The notes beneath the pieces were generated by a model, which saw only the letters and a program-made list of their open reading frames with translations, was not told the origin of the DNA and ran no database searches. A stretch of DNA of 64,000 nt from IMG/VR virus record IMGVR_UViG_3300028775_000009; one strand, given 5' to 3'. How positions within the stretch are numbered: the stretch's first letter is position 1; each line of letters begins with the position of its first letter. Of this stretch, positions 1 through 8,200 are shown one piece after another. Made by a program: the position numbers and the translations under genes. This stretch comes from a virus.

Positions 1-25
1 ACCCTTGAAGGAAAATGGAAAATTC

Positions 26-397
26 CTAGTTCTTGGTAATTGAGATGCGTTTCGCCCCACCTGCGGATTTAGGCGGAAACTTGGTGCGATCGTCTTCCTC
101 GAGAACTGTCCCGTCCTCGTATTTGGCTGTAAACGCCTTCTTTGTTACTGGCTCGGCAGCCACCGCCACTGGAGACTTCCCAGCGTCAGCACGATTGAGA
201 GTCGCTGGAACCGCGTGGGGATCGGTCACAACTGGCTTTGGCGCGATCTCTTTGCCCTCAAGCTTGGCTATGCCCATCCTGATCTTCTGGAGGGTAAGGG
301 CTACCCAGCTCTCGGGGTAACCGGCGGCGCTGCTGTTGGCGAGGTCAGCCTCAGCACCTTTAAAATGGGCGAGTGCTTCGTTGTTCTGGTCAGACAT
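26..397 (-). CDS. Hypothetical protein (123 aa)
   Basis: ATG overlaps the stop of the upstream glycosyltransferase (translational coupling); no recognisable motif. Confidence 0.6.
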   Translation of the reverse strand: MSDQNNEALAHFKGAEADLANSSAAGYPESWVALTLQKIRMGIAKLEGKEIAPKPVVTDPHAVPATLNRADAGKSPVAVAAEPVTKKAFTAKYEDGTVLEEDDRTKFPPKSAGGAKRISITKN

Positions 398-1139
398 TTT
401 GGAGCTCCTTTTGCTTCAGATTTTGCTGCCACGTCTCGTAAAGCAGAAACAGATCCGAACTATTGCCCAGATCCAACGATACCTTCGAAATTCTACCCCT
501 CGTCGCGATGCGATGCCCAATATACTTCGATGCCGGCCCAGCGCTGAAAAGTACCAGGGGGGCATCTACTTCGTAAGCTTGGGCGATAACATCCTCTGAT
601 TGCCGCCAGTTGTCCATCTGGATATAGGAGGTTTTTACGCCAAGAAGTTCGTGCGCCCGGTCAGCTAGAGCTGCGTAAGAGTTCGGGTTGCGGTGGATGA
701 ACAGGATGTGGCCAGCAGCTTTGTAGAGATTGATCTTCATCTCTTCGGTCCACGCATTACACCAGAAGTTGTCGACGTAGCGGGGCCGGGAACGGAACCG
801 GTTGTAGAGTTCGAAGTCCTCTCGAATGATCCCGCTGATCGACGGTGCAAACCATGTGCATTCATTCGCTGCAAGTTTTATCCTGTCGTGCAGGTCGCAC
901 TTGTCGATCCCGAGGCATCCCAGGCGTCCCATCCAGTCATCATCTTCAACGTCACGAGTGCTGGCTGGTAGACCCTCGAGGTAGTCCATCAGCAGTTTCT
1001 CTCCGTCCCCCATTCTGACGATGCTGAGCGGCTCTCGCCTTAGAACCGCGTTCGCAACCATCATGTAGAACGTGCTGGTGGAGATCGTGTCCATGCAGCG
1101 ATAGACCTGAGACTGGCTAAGCAGTGTCGGTTCAAACAT
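390..1139 (-). CDS. GT-D fold (DUF1792-like) glycosyltransferase
   Basis: Motifs PLSIVRMGDGE, LVLFSAGPASK and LDLGN match GT-D signatures. Start moved to ATG 1139 (MFEPTLL), which has an RBS and overlaps the upstream stop. Confidence 0.75.
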   Translation of the reverse strand: MFEPTLLSQSQVYRCMDTISTSTFYMMVANAVLRREPLSIVRMGDGEKLLMDYLEGLPASTRDVEDDDWMGRLGCLGIDKCDLHDRIKLAANECTWFAPSISGIIREDFELYNRFRSRPRYVDNFWCNAWTEEMKINLYKAAGHILFIHRNPNSYAALADRAHELLGVKTSYIQMDNWRQSEDVIAQAYEVDAPLVLFSAGPASKYIGHRIATRGRISKVSLDLGNSSDLFLLYETWQQNLKQKELQNV

Positions 1140-2136
1140 GCTTTCCCTCGATAAATTCATTCCAGACGAGCACTGAATGCTTCACGTACTCCTCCAGTGC
1201 TGCATGGTTCAACGCTACCCCAACCTTGTCAGCGAGATGCATCGCATCTGTGATGTTGTTCGAGCTGTCGTACTTCGCCTTCGATCGCGCCGGCAGCCAA
1301 CGAATTGCGTCGGAGCCGACCAGGGGAACCCCCATGCTAACCGCGTCCGCAGCGCAAATGTCGAACGTCTCGGAAATGGACACCTGGAGGCAGATATCCA
1401 TCGACTCAACGAGTTCAAGGAATTCATCGTGGGGAAGCCACGGGTGAAGAATTAGCCGCCCGCCAGTGTTGTCGATGACAGCCTTGATCGACTTCTTGAT
1501 CGCGTTCACCTCTACGCCATCAGGAGCATCGTTCATGTGGAAGTGGAGCCTTTTGTTTTTGTCCTGCGCCCACTTCGCAGCAGCAAAAGCCTGCTCGGTC
1601 TGATTCTTTAGAATGCGCAACGCTCCGAAGCATCCGACGTTGACGTGGTGCTCGTGGCATCGAGGCTCGTGGCGGAGGCGCTGCATGGGATAGTAGTTCG
1701 GCAGGTAGACGCTGTCACCCAGAAGCATGAAGTCGTCCCGTGCGTAGATCGAGTTGAAGGCTACGTCAATCCCCAGCGCCATGAAATCAGCAATCCAGAG
1801 CACGCCAATTCCTTCTTGCGCCAAAAATGGAACTTCTGAATTGATCCGCACCACAAAGCGAACCTTTGGGAAGGTCTTCTTTAGCCACTCCATCTTCTTC
1901 GGAGTCACCCACAACGCCTCCAGAATCACCAGTGTTGGGTCTAGATCAAGAATGAAGGTCTCAACTGAGTTTTCATCGCTCGCCTCGGCGAGTTTTACCC
2001 TGTGGCCTTCTCGCTTCAACATCTCAACGATGAAGAGCGTCGCCGTCTTCAAACTGTTATGCCCCTGGTTGTAAGCACCGTACGACTGATGGCGCTTGAT
2101 GATAAATAATATTAACGGCGAACGGTGCTCGGGCAT
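1132..2136 (-). CDS. GT-B (GT4-like) glycosyltransferase
   Basis: VNVGCFGALRILKNQ and DICLQVSISETFDICAADAVSMGVPLVGS (E-X7-D variant of the GT4 E-X7-E motif). Confidence 0.8.
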   Translation of the reverse strand: MPEHRSPLILFIIKRHQSYGAYNQGHNSLKTATLFIVEMLKREGHRVKLAEASDENSVETFILDLDPTLVILEALWVTPKKMEWLKKTFPKVRFVVRINSEVPFLAQEGIGVLWIADFMALGIDVAFNSIYARDDFMLLGDSVYLPNYYPMQRLRHEPRCHEHHVNVGCFGALRILKNQTEQAFAAAKWAQDKNKRLHFHMNDAPDGVEVNAIKKSIKAVIDNTGGRLILHPWLPHDEFLELVESMDICLQVSISETFDICAADAVSMGVPLVGSDAIRWLPARSKAKYDSSNNITDAMHLADKVGVALNHAALEEYVKHSVLVWNEFIEGKHV

Positions 2137-2247
2137 GGTGTGGCCTTCTTGCAGGGGGTGAATTGTAGGATGCCGATTTCTCGTGCAGGGTTGGCGGCTC
2201 CCTTGAAGCCGATACTACCACGCAGCCAAATTGTGCAAACGTGAATT

Positions 2248-3174
2248 TTAGTTGTCAGTGCAGTACGCGGTAACCGTCATGTTGATGTAGAAGCCAGAAG
2301 GAACTCCCGCAGGCATAAAGAACCTCACCTGAAGCTGGTCGTTCGCGTTTACGGGGAACGAAGGAGACGCCACCGACTCCACCGTTACCCCCGTCCACGT
2401 CTGCGTCACCGCCGAATTTGGAATGGCGATGCCCTGCGTGATATCCCACATTTGAATCGTTATTGGCGTAGAAAGTCCGCCGCTCATACGCGCATCGTAG
2501 ACGACCCGATTGAGGCTACAGGCGTTTGGAGCGAGGTACACCATGTCCGGGTTGTGGCCGAGCGCTACCAGCGACCCGAGATAGTAAGTCGTGGTCGGCG
2601 AGACGACGATGTTGGTCGGAGCCACAAACTTGAAGACGTCCACCGGAGCGTTGAATAGCTGGCGGAAGGACGATCCGTTCTCTGAGATTTGGAGGATTCC
2701 GTTGCTTCGGCACAGCGTACTCGAACCGGGAGTCGTTGAGGTCGCCGCGGCACTCAAAACGCACGCTGGAGTACCGTCGCAGAATATAGCTTGGCCTGGG
2801 TCTGAGGACGAGAAGTAGGAGCACACCGCTGGAGGCACCAGCGCGCTCACCGAATTCGAAGGCGAGGATACAAACCCGGCCAGAACAGACTGCACGTAGT
2901 AGCAGTAGGACGATCCGGCAGCCACCGTGACATCGGTATACGGCCCACCAGCCGCTACCCCGGAAGCGAGTGTTGAGAATGTCTGCCCCGTCACACAGGC
3001 ACCGGGAGCGCGAGAGACGGTGATCGTGGTTCCCGCTGTAGTCGATGCCGCCCAGTTGAGGACAACTTCGCTTGGCGCGGTCGCAGTCGCGCCTGTCGCA
3101 GTCACGGCTAAGTTTGTCTGGCTGAAGGCCGCTGTGGTCAGGGCAAGGAGAGCTAGGGCTAGGCGACGGAGCAT
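2248..3174 (-). CDS. Secreted protein: signal peptide, FN3-like domain, beta-sandwich C-terminus
   Basis: MLRRLALALLALTTAAFSQ; VVLNWAAS...YTDVTVAAGSSYCYYVQSV is an FN3 pattern; GAGG RBS upstream of ATG 3174. Confidence 0.65.
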   Translation of the reverse strand: MLRRLALALLALTTAAFSQTNLAVTATGATATAPSEVVLNWAASTTAGTTITVSRAPGACVTGQTFSTLASGVAAGGPYTDVTVAAGSSYCYYVQSVLAGFVSSPSNSVSALVPPAVCSYFSSSDPGQAIFCDGTPACVLSAAATSTTPGSSTLCRSNGILQISENGSSFRQLFNAPVDVFKFVAPTNIVVSPTTTYYLGSLVALGHNPDMVYLAPNACSLNRVVYDARMSGGLSTPITIQMWDITQGIAIPNSAVTQTWTGVTVESVASPSFPVNANDQLQVRFFMPAGVPSGFYINMTVTAYCTDN

Positions 3175-3197
3175 CGGAACCACCTCACGCTGACAGT

Positions 3198-3710
3198 CTA
3201 CTGCGTATTTCTGGCCAGCATGATAAGATTCCGCGCCTTACCACGCTGATCTTCGGGGATGTGGTCGAATATGGTTCCACCGTTTAGGTGCTCAATCTCG
3301 TGCTGAACGCACCGAGCTGCAAGGTGGGAGAGTTCGATGTCGATCTCTTTCCCGCTTGGGGTTGTCGCCACCAGACGGACGCGCACCGCACGCTCCACCA
3401 TCACCTTGATCGTCGGTGGTAAGCTCATACACTCCTCGACCTTCGAGACGCGCTCGTTGCTCTCCCACACGATCTCCGGATTCACAAAGATGCTCTTGGT
3501 TTTGAGGCCGAGAAGCTTCGTATTCAGCACGAAGACGCGGTAGAGCGAACCGATCTGGTTGGCCGAGAGGCCCACGCTCTTCCGCTTCACCTGCTTCAAC
3601 GCAGCCATCAAGTCTTCGCCCACCTGTCGGGCGATGTCGTCACGACCTTCAGGAACCGGGACGCAGGGTGTAGTCAGGATTGGGTTGGGGTATTGGATGA
3701 TGTGCGGCAT
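3198..3710 (-). CDS. def: Peptide deformylase
   Basis: N-terminal IIQYPNPILTTPC plus three PDF motifs: VGLSANQIG, EECMS (EGCLS variant) and QHEIEHLNG (HExDH variant). Confidence 0.92.
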   Translation of the reverse strand: MPHIIQYPNPILTTPCVPVPEGRDDIARQVGEDLMAALKQVKRKSVGLSANQIGSLYRVFVLNTKLLGLKTKSIFVNPEIVWESNERVSKVEECMSLPPTIKVMVERAVRVRLVATTPSGKEIDIELSHLAARCVQHEIEHLNGGTIFDHIPEDQRGKARNLIMLARNTQ

Positions 3711-3961
3711 TAGACGGGTAACCCTCCCTCGCGTCGGGCAAGCTTCTCACCCTCTGCCATGTCCATCACCCGAATGACAAACTTTCCGCCACGGCAGTCA
3801 GCCACAACGCACTTCTCGTTGTCGCCGAGCCGCAAGACGTCCTCGGACAGAATCTCCACATCGGTCAGGCCAAACTTCAGCATGAGAACGCCCACGATCT
3901 TGTGCCAGTTATCGTGGGTGAGCCGCGTGACTGGATGATCGGGATTTAGTTCGTCACCCAC
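3710..3961 (-). CDS. Hypothetical protein (83 aa)
   Basis: 1-nt stop/start overlaps with both neighbours. Confidence 0.7.
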   Translation of the reverse strand: MGDELNPDHPVTRLTHDNWHKIVGVLMLKFGLTDVEILSEDVLRLGDNEKCVVADCRGGKFVIRVMDMAEGEKLARREGGLPV

Positions 3962-4161
3962 TAGCGGTTGAACCTCTCGATCCTGCGACGGAGGATATCC
4001 CTGTACACCGTCATCGCTGCACGTTGATCGACAAGATGCCGCCGGTCTATCTTGTCGAGGTTTTTGAAAATACTGGAGTCCTCGATGAAGACGTGTAGTT
4101 TCTCCAACTTTGCGTCCAGTTCCTCATGCTCGTCTACGACTCGCTGCTGATGTGCTTCCAT
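3961..4161 (-). CDS. Small helical phage protein (crAss001_48-like)
   Basis: HQQRVVDEHEELDAKLEKL...LVDQRAAMTVYRDILRRRI resembles a widespread phage family; GAGG RBS. Confidence 0.65.
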   Translation of the reverse strand: MEAHQQRVVDEHEELDAKLEKLHVFIEDSSIFKNLDKIDRRHLVDQRAAMTVYRDILRRRIERFNR

Positions 4162-4184
4162 TTTGGTTTCCTCGTCAAAATGTG

Positions 4185-4627
4185 GTGGGCAGAGGCGGGG
4201 TGTACAACCCCTGGCTTCCTCTGCCTTTTAGCATGCCCCGTTTACCCCGCACGAGACCCCTATCGCGTGTACTTGCCCTTGACGCCGGGCTTTCTGGTCA
4301 GGTCTTGGTTCGCCAAGCCGTTGCTAAAAACTTTAGTTGGGGTGACGGTCCCCGTTTACTCATCTGCCAGCCTGTACTCCGATGTGAGTTGGACTATCAC
4401 CGCTAACTTTGCCGCCGTCATTCGGCTCGGGTGAAGCTCTGTCGCTTTTCGTCTCTCAGCCCACTGGCCTTCGCGTTGGGTATATGTTGTGTCCTGAAAC
4501 TTTGGGCCATTTTCGTATTGAAATAGGCCTCCGTCAAAGTCATCGAATTTCGCTATAACCCGAGAAATAGCCGCTCGCGTAGGACATTTATAAGGTCCGT
4601 CTTAGAAGCGGGCTCATCCAGACCTGA
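4185..4627 (-). ncRNA. Candidate large structured RNA (~440 nt)
   Basis: No minus-strand ORF of 60 aa or more; directly downstream of a sigma70-like promoter. Long-range helix 4618-4627/4298-4308, 7-bp pairing 4558-4564/4426-4432 and many local hairpins. Confidence 0.55.
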
Positions 4628-4631
4628 AGAC

Positions 4632-4660
4632 AATCTACCGCATCATGCAAGCATGCGCAA
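4632..4660 (-). promoter_or_regulatory. Sigma70-like promoter TTGCGC-17-TAGATT with operator CATGCTTGCATG in the spacer
   Basis: -35 at 4660-4655, -10 at 4637-4632, operator at 4644-4655. Confidence 0.65.
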
Positions 4661-4677
4661 TGGTATCTTTGGTAACC

Positions 4678-4705
4678 AAAAAGAACCCACCCCGGCTAGG
4701 GTGGG
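4678..4705 (-). terminator. Intrinsic terminator
   Basis: CCCACCCU-AGCC-GGGGUGGG stem-loop followed by UUCUUUUU. Confidence 0.8.
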
Positions 4706-4763
4706 GAGTAGAGAGTTTCCCTTGGTTTACGTTCGCTGCGAATTTTCCAAGTTCACATCGAAT
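4678..4763 (-). ncRNA. Candidate ~85-nt small RNA
   Basis: Bracketed by a near-consensus promoter (4798-4770) and an intrinsic terminator; no credible ORF inside. Confidence 0.45.
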
Positions 4764-4769
4764 GCCGCG

Positions 4770-4798
4770 ATTCTAGGCATAGAAAAACCGGGCGTCAA
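4770..4798 (-). promoter_or_regulatory. Sigma70 promoter TTGACG-17-TAGAAT
   Basis: -35 at 4798-4793, -10 at 4775-4770, exact 17-nt spacer. Confidence 0.75.
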
Positions 4799-4814
4799 CA
4801 GGTTTATTCGATTA

Positions 4815-4946
4815 TTACCCATCGGCGGGCGGTATCTCGACTGGTTGACCGGGGGATGTGCCGGACGACCCCGGCGGCTTCAATGGGTTCGATGTGCGCG
4901 TCATTGGACCGAAAAAACCCACGAGTGTAAGGATGATTGCTAACAC
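4815..4946 (-). CDS. Small protein (43 aa), hydrophobic N-terminus and Pro/Gly/Ser tail
   Basis: GGAGGT RBS before GTG; translates as MLAIILTLVGFFGPMTRTSNPLKPPGSSGTSPGQPVEIPPADG. Not in the ORF track. Confidence 0.45.
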   Translation of the reverse strand: MLAIILTLVGFFGPMTRTSNPLKPPGSSGTSPGQPVEIPPADG

Positions 4947-4950
4947 GGGT

Positions 4951-5118
4951 TCACCTCCGCCTCTTTGACTTCCTGTTTGCGCTGCGATGCTTCACGCGCT
5001 TCGGGAGCTTGCGCTTGCCAGTCTCGCGCTGCCACTTCTTTGCGGTCCCACGCGGCAGTTCTCCCCTAGCCTCTTTGGCGTAGAAAAGTCGTCTTTGAGC
5101 CTCGCTCTTAAATGGCAT
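4951..5118 (-). CDS. Small basic phage protein (55 aa)
   Basis: MPFKSEAQRRLFYAKEARGELPRGTAKKWQRETGKRKLPKRVKHRSANRKSKRRR; the MPFKS.AQRR start is common in phage late regions. Not in the ORF track. Confidence 0.75.
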   Translation of the reverse strand: MPFKSEAQRRLFYAKEARGELPRGTAKKWQRETGKRKLPKRVKHRSANRKSKRRR

Positions 5119-5121
5119 GGC

Positions 5122-5271
5122 CTAGCGGAGTCCACCGCGAAGCAGCAGGATGATAAGGATGATGAGCAAGACGGTTCCGATGCTGAAGCCACCGTTATAA
5201 CCCAGCCCCGGCCCGGCATACCAGCCGCCGCCGAAGCAGAGCAGTACGAGTACGATGAGAAGAATAAGCAT
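5122..5271 (-). CDS. DUF3309-like small two-helix membrane protein (49 aa)
   Basis: GGAGG RBS; MLILLIVLVLLCFGGGWYAGPGLGYNGGFSIGTVLLIILIILLLRGGLR. Not in the ORF track. Confidence 0.7.
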   Translation of the reverse strand: MLILLIVLVLLCFGGGWYAGPGLGYNGGFSIGTVLLIILIILLLRGGLR

Positions 5272-5285
5272 TGTAGCCTCCGTGT

Positions 5286-8200
5286 TCACTGAATGGCGTG
5301 AGTCCTACGTCGTGCTGGCCGCCGATGCCGAATGTGCTCCGACTTCGATTCCTCTGGCTTCGCCGGTCTGAAAAAAGCTTCTACCGTTCCAACGGGTGCA
5401 ATTTCCTGCTTTGCGAGGTCTGCGAGGATTTTACTCCTGCGCTCCTCAGTCGATGCCTTATGGTGAACCCCGTCGTCCCCAAACGTCTTGTAGTAGTTGA
5501 TTCCCGCCAGTCGAATATGATCTAGGTCTGAGGCTAGGATGCCGCCTGATTCCTCAGCGGTTGCAAACTCCAGTCGCTTCTTCGTGTCGAACGACTTGAT
5601 ATCCTTCGGCTCGTGCGTCGCCAGCCGGTCAAACATGACCTTGGCAGGATAGATTCCCATGCCATACGACACGTTGCCAAGCTCGAGCCAGAGCGCATCC
5701 TGGGGGTGTTCCTGAATACCTTCGAACCGGCGTAGTTCTTCGGCGGCCGCTTCGGGGTTTTTCTTCTTGTTGATGCCATACTGCATGACGCGAAGGCCCA
5801 TACCAGCCGCTCCGAAGCCGATCAGCCAGCGCCCCAGAGCCTTATAGTCCTTCTCTGTCCAATCCGGGTTCTTCATGCCTTCAAACACGGTGCGATTCAC
5901 TAGGTTCGCCGTCTTGAAGGTGTAAGTTTTGAGCATCCAGGTCAGCCGCATTAGTGTATTCTGCTGCTTGCTGATTGGGTGGTCGGCGGCGTAGCGAACA
6001 CTTGGGGGCAACTCTGAGGGTCTGCCGCTACCCGTCGTCCAATCAGCAGCCGCAATCATCGCCCTGCGGACGTCGGAAGTGTTATAGCCCGACGCCGCGA
6101 TCCGGTCCATATCTTCGTCCGAATACGCATAGAGGTCCTGAAGCTTCCGACGGAGCTGCACATCCTTCGGGTTCGCCTTGAGCGCCGGCGCGGCGTAGCG
6201 CTCGAGGAAGACACGCCCCGCGGCCGAAGAAACAATCCGCGATATCCAGATGGCCGGCGTGAATCCGGTCAGGGTCAGCATCTTCTGGTCGAGGCCTCCC
6301 GCGTGGAGTCCATACTCCATCATCATCGCCTGGCGCACGTAGTCGGTGAGGATGCCTGCGTCCCGCGCCATGCGCGTCGCTTCAATCGGGCTCGTGGCCG
6401 TGCTGAAAACACCTCCGGCCAGGGATCGCAAATTGGTTACAAGTCCGGTTTTGGCCATGTGATACGGCAACTTCAGCGTGCTCAGGCCCATCTTCGACAA
6501 TACGACCCATTGCGACGCTGCGCGCAGGAGCCGCTTGTTGCTCTCACCCACAGACGAGGGGTTTAGGTCTGCGCTCACTACGCTGTCGACCACCTGCTGA
6601 GTAGCCAGCGGGAGTTGGAGGATGAGTGGATTCAGCTTCTCGCGCTCCTGCCCAACGGTCTCGATGTTTGCCAGCATCGACGCTACCTGGTCGACGTAGA
6701 CATTCATCGCACGGTTGGTGGTGTCGTAGTCGGGGATGCTGGTTCTGCGGCCTTTTTCGAGGTTGCCCGACAAGCGAACGCCACGGCGATTCTTTTCAAA
6801 GAACTTCGCTGCATCGACAACGCTGATTCCGCGCTTGCCGGCATAGGCTTCGATCAAGTCTTGGCGGCGCGCATCGTTCGTCGGCATGTCGTGGATCTCG
6901 CCAAGTGTCGTAACCGTCGGCTTTGCACCGTTTTTGCCTTCGATGAGGATCGGCTTATTCCAGTCGTAAATGTGTGGCCAGTAGTTCGGGTCATCCGCGA
7001 TCTGCTTGTAAGTCACCGTTTGCTCTTTGCCGTCGCGGTAGAACTTCATCTTGGCGCCAGCGTCTCCGAGACGGTTCCGCACGTACGAAAAGAACGTGCG
7101 GTAGCCGTCCACGGCCTTCAGGATGGCAGGGTCAGTGCTCTCTGCCTTGCCTTCGAGAACCTTCACAACGAGTGGGTGGTCGCTGGGCCGGATGTCACCG
7201 ATGATGTCGGACACTTTGGCCAGCAGTTCGCCCTGATGGTCAGTCTTCAGGTGGCTACGCTCGATCAACCGCCGCTGCACCTCGCGACCCTCGCTCGGGA
7301 AGCCTTCGTGGGCCATAATCTTGCGAATTGCCTGGTCGCCCGACGTGTGGCGCAGGTACATCCACTCACGCGCAAAGTCCTTCAGCGCCGCAAGCTGTTT
7401 GCCGGCCGTGTGCTGGAAGAAGAGACCGCGCTCACCTATTGCCAGATCGAAACCGATCTTCGAATCCTTTGCTGCGCGCTCGACCGCAGGCACAACCGGC
7501 TCACGCGCTACCGCAGCTTTTGCGCCCTCGATCGCTACATCGGCGGAGATGGCTGGCGTGTTCGCCAGATACGCTCTACGCATAGAAGGTGGTACATCTT
7601 CGAGGTTCCGCTTCATCGCCTCCGAGGTGCTCTTGTCGATGGGATCGTCCACCGGCCCCTGATAGAGACGCTTCGGCTGGGCCTTATACTTCATGCCTTT
7701 ATCCTTGCCGATTGCGTCCTTGGCCCGTGGCAGTTTCAAGTCCTCTATGCGCGTGAAACCTACTCCGGCCCCGCGCTCCTCAAACTGCGCGGCCTCCGGC
7801 GCAGATTCGTTGCCCATCTCGTAGTCGATTGCCTCTTCCGAGATGCCGACCGACTCGCGCAGACTCTTTGCAAGTCTGCTCTCGACTACCTCGCCACGCA
7901 CAACAGCGTTCAACGCCCGCATGCGCGGGAGGATTTTGGTCGTCAGCACCTTGATTTCGGGCAGCGCGTCGGATGTTAGGAAGATTTTGGCTACGTTCGA
8001 CTTCGTCCCGTAGCGCCACGTTCGGCCGGTGCTCTGCTCGAACATGATTCCAGACCACGGCAGGCCAAGGTGGATGTCCATTCTTGGACGGTCGCCAGCG
8101 CGATCGTGAAAACTAGCTCCAACACCGCCGGCAGCGTAGGTCGTATAAACGCCCTTCTTGGTTCCGTCCATGAATGCCTGGCGTTCTTCAGCGCGAAGCT

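Noticed and set aside
4183-4225. Terminal hairpin ending ...CCACCA looks tRNA/tmRNA-like
   Set aside because: No D-arm or anticodon arm, the loop is not TTCRA, and the first acceptor pair mismatches; no tmRNA tag frame was found.
4236-4260. GTTTACCCCGCACGAG resembles part of a type I-E CRISPR repeat
   Set aside because: Single partial copy, cannot form the repeat hairpin, and no spacer periodicity; no CRISPR array was seen in the window.
4185-4627. RNase P RNA or group II intron identity for the large RNA
   Set aside because: Fragments such as GAUAGUCC and AGAUGAGU resemble RNase P conserved regions but the order is wrong; no GUGYG start or domain V.
4653-4943. 96-aa plus-strand ORF
   Set aside because: No RBS; overlaps a promoter, a terminator and a better-supported minus-strand mini-gene.
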